A stretch of 64,000 bases of DNA, taken from positions 1,988 to 65,987 of the forward strand of contig CAOKIU010000004.1 of the NCBI GenBank assembly GCA_948468595.1, in the 5' to 3' direction. Numbering within the stretch: the first letter of the stretch is position 1; the number at the start of each line of letters is the position of its first letter. This document shows, one piece after another, positions 34,216 to 42,040 of the stretch. The notes under the pieces are model-generated. The model ran no database searches and was not told the origin of the DNA. It saw only the letters and a list, made by a program, of their open reading frames with translations. The translations under genes were made by a program, and so were the position numbers. The DNA comes from an uncultured Christensenella sp. Lineage in GTDB: Bacteria > Bacillota > Clostridia > Christensenellales > UBA1750.

Positions 34216-35636
34216 ACGAGGTGATGATTCAAATTCTGCGTGTGGTGGAAGTGTTTTTTCTGCTGTATCTTCTGCTTTACGCCTCCTATCTGTTCCTGTC
34301 CGTGGCCATGGGCGCCTGGCGGCTTTACCGCCTGGACCGGATGCGCGCCATCAAAAACGAACTCAAGCATGAGTTCTACTTTCCCGTCTCCATCCTGGTG
34401 CCTGCCCACAACGAAGAGGTCACCATTTTGGACAGTGTGCTCTCCTTGCTGAAACTGGACTACCGGCTCTATGAGATTATCGTCGTGGACGATGGGTCCG
34501 GGGACGACACAAGCAAGGTGCTCATCGATCACTTCCACATGAAGGAGGTTCGCCGTCCCATCCGGAGGAGCATCCCCTGCAAACACATCGTGGCCATTTA
34601 CGAGGCGCCGGATACGCGCGTTCGGCTGACCCTCCTGCGGAAGGAAAACGGGGGCAAGGGCGATGCGCTCAACGCCGGCATCAACGCCTCCCAGTATCCC
34701 TATTTTCTCTGCATTGACGCGGATTCCATGCTTCAGTGGGATTCGCTGGAGCGCATCGCCCAGCCGGTGATGGAGGATGACGACGTGGTGGCGGTGGGAG
34801 GGTTGATCCGCATCGCGCAGTGCATAACGGTGGATTGGAAGGAGGGCGGCGATCTCAAGCAGGGGCTGAGTTATCACCTGCCTTGGAACTTCCTGACCAG
34901 CATGCAGGTCATGGAGTACGACCGGTCCTTCCTGGCCTCCCGCATACTGATGGACAACTTCAACGGCAACCTAATCATCTCCGGCGCTTTTGGCCTGTTT
35001 AAAAAGAGCGTGGTCATTGCCGCCGGCGGCTACGCCACCGACGTGTTGGGCGAGGACATGGAACTGGTGGTCAAGCTGCACGCCTACTGCCGCAACAACA
35101 TGGAGAAGTATTCCATCCGCTACGAACCCAATGCGATTTGTTGGAGCCAGGTCCCCTCGACGATGACGGACCTCTTCAAGCAGCGCCGCCGGTGGCATAT
35201 CGGTTTGTTTCAGTGCATCACGCGGTATGGCTTTATGTTCATGAAATCGCGCTTCGGAATGGTGGGCACCGCATCCTACCTCTACTATCTGCTCTATGAG
35301 CTGTATTCGCCCATCATTGAATTGGTGGGGTTGATTGCGACGATCGCGGCGGCGCTGGTGGGCCTGCTCAATTTCACCTTCATGGTCCAATTCTACCTGC
35401 TCTTTGCGCTCTACAGCTCCATTTTGACCATCACCGCGTTCTTTCAGCGGATCTACACGCAAAATGTCCGTTTGAGTTCGCGGGATGTGTTCCGCGCCTG
35501 CGTCATGTGCCTGATCGAGAACGTCTTCTTCCGATTTGTCTTTGACTTTATCCGCCTTAGCGCGTTTTTCAGCTACCGGAAAAACAAGGGAACTTGGGGA
35601 AAAATCAAGCGCGTGCAGCAAAGCCAGGCGCAATAG
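34212..35636 (+). CDS. Processive family-2 glycosyltransferase (synthase type, PgaC/IcaA/BcsA-like core with flanking TM helices)
   Basis: ATGA overlap with the HEAT gene. N-terminal TMs, then ILVPAHNEE, IIVVDDGSGDDT, GGKGDALNAG, LCIDADSM (DxD), ISGAFGLFKK, QRRRWHIG (QxxRW), then several C-terminal TMs. Confidence 0.85.
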   Translation: MNEVMIQILRVVEVFFLLYLLLYASYLFLSVAMGAWRLYRLDRMRAIKNELKHEFYFPVSILVPAHNEEVTILDSVLSLLKLDYRLYEIIVVDDGSGDDTSKVLIDHFHMKEVRRPIRRSIPCKHIVAIYEAPDTRVRLTLLRKENGGKGDALNAGINASQYPYFLCIDADSMLQWDSLERIAQPVMEDDDVVAVGGLIRIAQCITVDWKEGGDLKQGLSYHLPWNFLTSMQVMEYDRSFLASRILMDNFNGNLIISGAFGLFKKSVVIAAGGYATDVLGEDMELVVKLHAYCRNNMEKYSIRYEPNAICWSQVPSTMTDLFKQRRRWHIGLFQCITRYGFMFMKSRFGMVGTASYLYYLLYELYSPIIELVGLIATIAAALVGLLNFTFMVQFYLLFALYSSILTITAFFQRIYTQNVRLSSRDVFRACVMCLIENVFFRFVFDFIRLSAFFSYRKNKGTWGKIKRVQQSQAQ

Positions 35637-35648
35637 GGGCGGCCGTAT

Positions 35649-35684
35649 CCCGCGTTTTGCGCGGGCTTGCGCCTTTCCTTTTTG
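35649..35684 (+). terminator. Weak candidate terminator after the GT2 gene
   Basis: CCCGCG-TTTTG-CGCGGG (6-bp stem), then CTTGCGCCTTTCCTTTTTGG. Confidence 0.4.
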
Positions 35685-35707
35685 GCACTGTGCCTGCAAT
35701 CGATGCC

Positions 35708-35746
35708 CGGCAGCCGGTGGGGATATGTCTTCCCCGCCGGCTGCCG
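35708..35746 (+). other. Very stable 16-bp hairpin (possible terminator or RNA-stability element)
   Basis: CGGCAGCCGGTGGGGA-TATGTCT-TCCCCGCCGGCTGCCG (one G-U pair), followed by CGTTGATTTG. Confidence 0.5.
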
Positions 35747-35851
35747 CGTTGATTTGCAGGCCCGTCTTGCGCCCTGTGCGCGGCGAGAAAAAGCAGGGGC
35801 GCCGCGCGCGGGCTTATGCTATAATGGAAGGCGGTATAAGGGGGGAAGCGC

Positions 35852-37936
35852 ATGGACGAGGCGTTTTTTAAGTGGCTGGAGGAGGAAAAGGGCGTGGCGC
35901 TCAGCGCGCAGCAGCGCGCGGCGGTGACCGCGGTGGAGGGCGCGGGGCTGTTGGTGGCCACGCCCGGCAGCGGCAAGACCACTGTGATAGTCTGCCGCAC
36001 CGCCTACTTGACGCGCGTCAAGGGCGTGCCGCCCGAGCGCATTTTGACGCTGACCTATGGCAAGCAGAGCCAGCGGGACATGGAGCGTCGCTTTGCCGCG
36101 CTCTTCCCCGAGCTTGTGGGGCCGCGCTTTTCCACCATCCATGCCCTGAGCCTTGGCGTGCTCCGGCGCTACGCGGAGGGAACGGGCGGGGAAATGTTTG
36201 CCCTGATGACGGATGGAGGGAAGGTGATTCGCGCCCTTCTTGCCCAGCAGATTCGGGGATACGTTTCGGAGGATCTGCTCGCCGGCGTGACGAGCATGCT
36301 GGAATACGCATCCAACGCCATGGTGGATGCACGGGGCGTCAAGGACCTCAAGGTGGAGGGCTGCGATTTTCCGGCGCTGCACGCGGCCTACACACAGTAC
36401 AAGAGGGAAAGGCGGCTGATGGACTTTGGCGACCTGCTGATTTTCTCTCACCGCGCGCTGCAAAAGCATCCCTGGCTGTTGGACGCTTACCGGCGGCAGT
36501 ACGCCTATGTGCAGATTGACGAGGCGCAGGACACCTCGCTCATCCAGCAGCGCATTGCGGACCTCATCGCCGGGGAAGGAGGGCGCCTCTTCCTGGTGGG
36601 CGATGAGGACCAGAGCATCTATGGCTTCCGCGGCGCGGACCCTGCGTATATGATGGCCTTTGAACAAACCCATCCCGGCGCGCGCGTGCTGTACATGGAG
36701 AGCAACTACCGCTGCGCCGGGGCCATCGTTCGGGCGGCGGGCAACGTGATTCAGTACAATGCGTTCCGGCGGGAAAAGCACATGCGCGCGGTGCGTCAGG
36801 CCGAGGGACGCGCCGAAAAGACGGAGCTGCGCGATTGGAACGCGCAGGCGGAGGCCGTGTGCGAGCGCGCCCGGTCACTCGCGCCGGGCAGAACGCTGGG
36901 CGTGCTCTACCGCAACAACGACAGCCTGCCGGCGATCTGCGATGCGCTGCTGCGCGCGGGCATCCCCTTCCACGTTCGCTATCGGGACGAAAAGCCCGGC
37001 TTGTTCTCCCATTTTACCGCGCGCAATCTGCGCTCCCTGATCCGCCTGTCCTTTGACCCGACGGACGGCGAGGCGTTCTTTGACGTGCGCAATCGCATTT
37101 GCCGGGGCATACCGCAGCCCCTGGCCGCGCGACTGCGCCGGGGCGGGGAGGATGTCTTTGCGTCGCTGTATGCGCTGATGCCCTTGCCGGCGCAGGAGAG
37201 ACAGGAATTGGCCCGCAAGGCGGACGCGATCGCCGGGTTTAAGACGATGCGCGCCTATCCGGCGGTGGGCGGCATCATCGATGAGTTCAACCTGGACGGT
37301 TGGGGCGCCAACGCGCAGAAGACCGACGCGCTGCTCTCGTTGGCCATGGGGGTGGAGACGCTCGAGCAGTATGTGGAAAAGCTGGACAGCCTGGAGCGGG
37401 TGCTGAGCGGCGACCCGCCCGATTCCGGCCAGGTGTATTTGAGCACCATTCACGCCGCCAAGGGCCTGGAGTACGACGAGGTGATGCTGATCGACGGCAA
37501 AGCGGGCGTGCTGCCCGCCAGCGACCGGCGCGACACCCCGGAGGAGCGGCGCGCCTTTGAGGAGGAGACGCGCCTGATGTATGTGGCGGCGACCCGCGCG
37601 CGGGAGCGGTTTACCTTCCTGTATTCCACGCACAGCCATGGCAGCCGCTGTGCGCCGTCCCTGTATTTGGACCGGCTATTTCCCCCGCCGCCGGCAAAGC
37701 GGGACGTTCCGCTGGGGGCGGCAAACCGCGGGCGCGCCTTTGCACCGTCCAAGACGCGCGCGGAGATCAGCTTGGAGGGGTTGGCGGGCAAGCGCGTCAA
37801 ACACATCAAGTTCGGAGAAGGCGTCGTGCTCTCCGTTCGGGGAGAGATCGGCGCGGTGCGCTTTGCGGACGGAGAGCGCACGCTGGACCTGAAAGTTTCG
37901 CTGGGCAATGGCATCCTGACGCGGGAAGAAAGCTGA
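35852..37936 (+). CDS. UvrD/Rep/PcrA-family ATP-dependent DNA helicase
   Basis: Walker A ATPGSGKT, motif II VQIDEAQDTS, motif III FLVGDEDQSIYGFRGA, NYRC, STIHAAKGLEYDEV, motif VI YVAATRARERF. TGcTATAAT extended -10 at 35817-35825. Confidence 0.85.
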   Translation: MDEAFFKWLEEEKGVALSAQQRAAVTAVEGAGLLVATPGSGKTTVIVCRTAYLTRVKGVPPERILTLTYGKQSQRDMERRFAALFPELVGPRFSTIHALSLGVLRRYAEGTGGEMFALMTDGGKVIRALLAQQIRGYVSEDLLAGVTSMLEYASNAMVDARGVKDLKVEGCDFPALHAAYTQYKRERRLMDFGDLLIFSHRALQKHPWLLDAYRRQYAYVQIDEAQDTSLIQQRIADLIAGEGGRLFLVGDEDQSIYGFRGADPAYMMAFEQTHPGARVLYMESNYRCAGAIVRAAGNVIQYNAFRREKHMRAVRQAEGRAEKTELRDWNAQAEAVCERARSLAPGRTLGVLYRNNDSLPAICDALLRAGIPFHVRYRDEKPGLFSHFTARNLRSLIRLSFDPTDGEAFFDVRNRICRGIPQPLAARLRRGGEDVFASLYALMPLPAQERQELARKADAIAGFKTMRAYPAVGGIIDEFNLDGWGANAQKTDALLSLAMGVETLEQYVEKLDSLERVLSGDPPDSGQVYLSTIHAAKGLEYDEVMLIDGKAGVLPASDRRDTPEERRAFEEETRLMYVAATRARERFTFLYSTHSHGSRCAPSLYLDRLFPPPPAKRDVPLGAANRGRAFAPSKTRAEISLEGLAGKRVKHIKFGEGVVLSVRGEIGAVRFADGERTLDLKVSLGNGILTREES

Positions 37937-38241
37937 CGCGGGCGCGCCCTTGCGGTGCCAAGGCCCCGTATCAGATCGACAAAGTGGGATGAATAGGAGA
38001 GGCGGCAGGAGCGGAGAAGTGGTTGTGCTTGCGTTTGAAGGAGGGCAAGGCGGGCCCTTGCGCTGCCGACGAAGAAGGGTGAATAGGCAAGCGCGGCAGA
38101 ATCGGAGACGCGGCCGCGCTTTGCGTTCGGAGGGCGCGATGGATCATGGGAATTGGTGGAGAACCGGCATCTTGATTGACGCGGGAGAAGGCGTGATGTG
38201 CGCACCCCCCCGTCCCTTTTTCCAGCCCGGGCCGAAAAGGG

Positions 38242-38270
38242 TTGACGGAACAAGCGGCGGGCAATACAAT
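38242..38270 (+). promoter_or_regulatory. Sigma-A-type promoter of the PatB/MalY-like gene
   Basis: TTGACG (38242-47), 17 nt of spacer, TACAAT (38265-70), 29 nt before the ATG. Confidence 0.65.
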
Positions 38271-38298
38271 AAGGGAGAATAAGAGGAGGCGACTGCCC

Positions 38299-39480
38299 AT
38301 GCAGGATGATTTTGACCGGCTGCTCGACCGGAGGGGGACGGGCGCGCTGAAGTGGGACCGCCGCACGCCGGAGGAAAAGCGGCGCGGGATCGTGCCCCTG
38401 TCGGTTGCGGACATGGAGTTTCCCTGCGCGCGGCCCATCCAGGAGGCGGTGCGCCGCGCGGCGGAACACGGCCTCTACGGCTATACCGACCCGGACGAGC
38501 GCTACTTTGACGCGGTGACGGGATGGCTGCTCCGGCGGCACGGAATGCGCGTGCGGAGCGAGGATATCGTGTGCGAAAACGGGGTGATTCCCGCCCTGTC
38601 CACCGCGCTGCGCGCCTTGACGCGCGAAGGCGAGGGCGTCATTTGCTTTACCCCTGTTTACTATCCGTTTGCGCAGGTCATCACCCTCAACAACCGCAGG
38701 ATGGCGGAGTGTCCGCTCCTCCGGAGCGCGGACGGCCGCTATGAAATGGACTTTAACCGCCTGGAGGACCTGGCGCGCCGGCAGGACGTGACGGCCCTCA
38801 TCCTTTGCTCGCCGCACAACCCGGTGGGCCGCGTATGGACGCGGGAGGAGCTAACCCAGGTCGTGGACATTTGCCGCCGGCATGGCGTCCTTATGCTGAG
38901 CGACGAAATCCATTTTGACATCGTCCTGGAGGGGGAGCACACCGTGCTGGCCCGCGCGGGAGAGGGCGCGGCGGACAGATGCGTGCTGCTGACCTCGCCC
39001 TCGAAGACCTTTAACCTGGCAGGCCTGCGCATTGCCAATCTCATCATTCAAAATCCCGATCTGCGGGCAAGCTATAAGCGGCAGCAGGAGGCGGACGGAA
39101 ACTCCAACATCGCCTATTTCGGCAGAGCGGCCGCCATTGCGGCCTATGAGGAGTGCGCCCCTTGGGTAGACGCGCTGTGCGGCTACCTGCGCGGCAACTT
39201 CTCTTGGATGGAAGCGTTCTTCTCCCAGCGCCTGCCGGGCGCTGTGCTCACCCGCACGGAAGGAACTTACTTTGCCTGGGCGGACTTTTCCGCCTGGGGC
39301 ATGGATGACGCCGCGCTTTCGCGCTTCCTTAGGGAGCGGGCGGGCCTGGTGCTGGACGACGGAACGATGTTCGGCGCGGGCGGGAGCGGCTGCGCGCGCT
39401 TTAACATCGCCCTGCCGCGCCAGGAGCTTAAAAAGGCGCTGGACCGCCTGGATGCCGCGGTTAAGGGCGCGTCGCTCTGA
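38299..39480 (+). CDS. PLP-dependent C-S lyase (MalY/PatB-type cystathionine beta-lyase, aminotransferase class I/II fold)
   Basis: ORF trimmed by 19 codons to the ATG at 38299 (AAGAGGAGG upstream). FDRLLDRRGTGALKWD, PLP-lysine motif TSPSKTFNLAGLR. Confidence 0.85.
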   Translation: MQDDFDRLLDRRGTGALKWDRRTPEEKRRGIVPLSVADMEFPCARPIQEAVRRAAEHGLYGYTDPDERYFDAVTGWLLRRHGMRVRSEDIVCENGVIPALSTALRALTREGEGVICFTPVYYPFAQVITLNNRRMAECPLLRSADGRYEMDFNRLEDLARRQDVTALILCSPHNPVGRVWTREELTQVVDICRRHGVLMLSDEIHFDIVLEGEHTVLARAGEGAADRCVLLTSPSKTFNLAGLRIANLIIQNPDLRASYKRQQEADGNSNIAYFGRAAAIAAYEECAPWVDALCGYLRGNFSWMEAFFSQRLPGAVLTRTEGTYFAWADFSAWGMDDAALSRFLRERAGLVLDDGTMFGAGGSGCARFNIALPRQELKKALDRLDAAVKGASL

Positions 39481-39528
39481 CCCCGCGCCCGGCGCATTGC
39501 CCCACAATTGAAGAGGAGGATCTATCGC

Positions 39529-40236
39529 ATGGCAAACATACCCACCCCGCACATCACCGCGAAGGAGGGGGATTTCGCCCCCACCGTTCTCATGCCCGGA
39601 GACCCCTTGCGCGCGCAGGCCATTGCCCAGCGCTACCTCGAGGATGCAAAACTCGTCAACAACGTCCGCGGCGTGCAGGGCTATACCGGCACATACAAGG
39701 GCAAGCGCGTATCGGTCATGGCCAGCGGCATGGGCATGCCCTCCATGGGCATCTATTCCCATGAGCTATACAATTTTTACGGCGTGGAGAGCATCATCCG
39801 CGTGGGCAGCGCGGGGATGATCGATCAAAGCCTGCGCCTGCGGGACGTGGTGGCGGGCATGAGCTGCTATACCAACTCCGCCTTTGGCCGCCAGTTCGGC
39901 TTTGACGGCAGCCTTGCGCCCTGCTGCTCGTTTGAACTGCTTGAGCAGGCGGTCAGCGCGGGCAAGGCCCTTGGCGTGCAGCTGAAGGTGGGCGCGCTGT
40001 TCTCCTCGGACACCTTCTATGACGAGAGCAACCCCGCCGGCGCGCTGGAAAAACTGCATGTGCTGGCCGTTGAGATGGAGGCCGCCGCCCTTTATTTGAA
40101 CGCCGCGCGCAGCGGCAAGCGCGCGCTGGCGCTGTGCACCATCTCCGACAACCCCAAGACGGGCGAGGGCCTTTCGGCGCAGGAGCGCCAGCTCACCTTC
40201 CACCAGATGATGGAAATCGCCCTGGAGATCGCCTGA
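39529..40236 (+). CDS. deoD: Purine nucleoside phosphorylase (hexameric DeoD type)
   Basis: ORF trimmed by 7 codons to the ATG at 39529 (AGAGGAGGA upstream). TPHITAKEGDFAPTVLMPGDPLRA, SGMGMPSMGIYSHEL, IRVGSAG, AVEMEAAAL. Confidence 0.9.
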   Translation: MANIPTPHITAKEGDFAPTVLMPGDPLRAQAIAQRYLEDAKLVNNVRGVQGYTGTYKGKRVSVMASGMGMPSMGIYSHELYNFYGVESIIRVGSAGMIDQSLRLRDVVAGMSCYTNSAFGRQFGFDGSLAPCCSFELLEQAVSAGKALGVQLKVGALFSSDTFYDESNPAGALEKLHVLAVEMEAAALYLNAARSGKRALALCTISDNPKTGEGLSAQERQLTFHQMMEIALEIA

Positions 40237-40237
40237 T

Positions 40238-40654
40238 ATGAGGGGCGCAAAAGAATTGATTGACCTCGCCCTGCGCGCGCGGGAAGGCGCCTACGCCCCC
40301 TATTCGGATTTTCTGGTGGGCGCCGCGCTCGAATGCGCGGACGGCCGCGTGTTCACCGGCTGCAACATCGAAAACGCCGCCTACTCCGTGTGCAACTGCG
40401 CCGAGCGGACCGCGCTGTTTAAGGCGGTGTCCGAGGGCGCTAGGGATTTTGTCCAGATTGCCATTGTGGGCGGCAAGCGCGCGGAGGGCGCGGCGCAGAT
40501 CTGCGCGCCCTGCGGCGTGTGTCGGCAAGCGCTGTTGGAGTTTTGCGACGCCGGCGACTTTTTGGTGCATTTGGGCGCGGCGGATGGGGCGTGTGTCACC
40601 TACCGCCTGAGCGACCTGCTCCCCGCGGCGTTTTCGCCCGAGAGACTGACCTAG
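40238..40654 (+). CDS. cdd: Cytidine deaminase
   Basis: Starts 1 nt after the deoD stop. Zinc motifs CAERTALF and PCGVCRQ. Confidence 0.9.
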   Translation: MRGAKELIDLALRAREGAYAPYSDFLVGAALECADGRVFTGCNIENAAYSVCNCAERTALFKAVSEGARDFVQIAIVGGKRAEGAAQICAPCGVCRQALLEFCDAGDFLVHLGAADGACVTYRLSDLLPAAFSPERLT

Positions 40655-40663
40655 GAGAATGTC

Positions 40664-41626
40664 ATGACGGAACAAGAATTGTTTGCGCGCCTCAATCTCT
40701 TTAAGAAGCTGGCCATTCCCCGGCCGTCGCTGTTTGCCCTGGAGAAAAAGGGCGAGAGGAGCTTTGCGCGCGCGACGCCGGATCACGGGCTGATGGTCTA
40801 TCCCGACGCGGAGAGCTGCCGCGTGGGCCTCTACGCGCAGGAGTGCATGCGCGCGGGCGACGGCTGGGACGACGCGCCGCTCCTTATGTGCGGCGCGCTT
40901 GTGCAGATGTGCGACCGGGAGGACCTGGACCGGGACGATTACGCGCTGATCAAGTCGCTGGGGCTGCGCTATCGCGGCCGCGGGCAATGGCCGCGCCTGC
41001 GCCGCCTGCGCCCTGGCCGCGTTCCTTGGTACTTGGAGGAAGAGGACAGGGAATTGCTCGCCGCCGCCCTTGACGCCGCCTGCGCGCTGGCCGAAGGGGG
41101 AAGGCTGTGCCTTCCCGAGGATGAGCTCGCCGTTGTTGCGGAGGACGGCCTTCGGTGGGAGGCGATGGAGATTGCGCCTGCACCGCCCCTCTACCCGGTC
41201 GCGGACATTCCGGACGAGATGATGCTGGCCCGCCTCAAAAAGCAGCCCAAGCGGAGCGCCGCTTGGGAGGTGACGGTGCAGGCCTTTCCCTATCCCGCCG
41301 ACAGCGGGGACGGCGGCGCGCCGGTGTGCCCGCAGATGCTGCTGATGGTCGATGAGGAGACGGATCAGGTGCTGGACATCTGTGTAACCAACGATTATCA
41401 GGGCGAGGGATACCGCCGCCTGTCCGATGCGTTTCTCACCCAAATTCAGAAGCGCGGCCGCCCCATGCGCCTGCGCTGCGCCAATATCCGTGCGCTGAGC
41501 CTCATGGAGGACATCTGCCGCAAAACGGGCGTGCCCGCCGAGCTGTGCGCGAACCTGCCGCAGCTCAAGGAGGCGTTTGAGTCCCTGCTCCGCTTAACCG
41601 GCGAGGCGGATGGCGGCGAGGAATAA
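40664..41626 (+). CDS. Conserved-looking hypothetical protein (320 aa), no family assigned with confidence
   Basis: Starts 9 nt after the cdd stop. Soluble and acidic. Has normal protein-like composition, unlike the antisense artefacts. Confidence 0.65.
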   Translation: MTEQELFARLNLFKKLAIPRPSLFALEKKGERSFARATPDHGLMVYPDAESCRVGLYAQECMRAGDGWDDAPLLMCGALVQMCDREDLDRDDYALIKSLGLRYRGRGQWPRLRRLRPGRVPWYLEEEDRELLAAALDAACALAEGGRLCLPEDELAVVAEDGLRWEAMEIAPAPPLYPVADIPDEMMLARLKKQPKRSAAWEVTVQAFPYPADSGDGGAPVCPQMLLMVDEETDQVLDICVTNDYQGEGYRRLSDAFLTQIQKRGRPMRLRCANIRALSLMEDICRKTGVPAELCANLPQLKEAFESLLRLTGEADGGEE

Positions 41627-41954
41627 CAGAGGGAGGACGCCGTTGCCTCCCCAATGAAGATAACAAGAAAAAAGCCGGTCCAATCCAAGCACCGGCAAGC
41701 TCAAAAGCCGTGAATGAAGAATCAACGCCTTTTGCCTGTAACTGCGCGCTATAGGGGTAAAAAACCTATGGCGTTTTTTTCGCCCATGGCCCCAAGCACA
41801 CAAAGCCGCACCCTATGGGGAGAACGGGAGGAGGCGCAACACAGGGCAGTTTTCCCAAAGAGAAAAGCTTTGCCAAACCACATGAGGAAGGGCGCCGGGC
41901 ATTCCGCATGAGACGCCTTTAGAGTTTACAGGGTAGAGCATCAAGGCGAGTGTG

Positions 41955-41984
41955 AAAAAACGGCATAGCCGTTAAGCTATGCCG
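41955..41984 (-). terminator. Rho-independent terminator of the small membrane protein gene
   Basis: The minus strand reads CGGCATAGC-TTAACG-GCTATGCCG followed by TTTTTT. Confidence 0.75.
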
Positions 41985-42040
41985 TTTCGCTCTGCGTCAC
42001 GATGGTTTCTTGGCGAGACGAGCCCGTTTGCTTCAGGCGT

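Noticed and set aside
37950-38282. 110-aa ORF, and a possible glycine or T-box riboswitch in the helicase/PatB intergenic region
   Set aside because: The ORF is Arg/Gly-rich with no RBS. GAAGGAGGGCAAGG and AATTGGTGGAGAACCGG only loosely resemble the glycine-aptamer and T-box cores. A good promoter for the downstream gene lies after them, so they cannot be its leader. The region is kept only as an unexplained repeat finding.
35819-38817. 320-, 254- and 455-aa minus-strand ORFs
   Set aside because: Antisense to the UvrD-like helicase and PatB-like genes, which show complete motif sets.
38851-41443. 303- and 416-aa minus-strand ORFs
   Set aside because: Antisense to the PatB-like gene, deoD, cdd and the 320-aa hypothetical gene.
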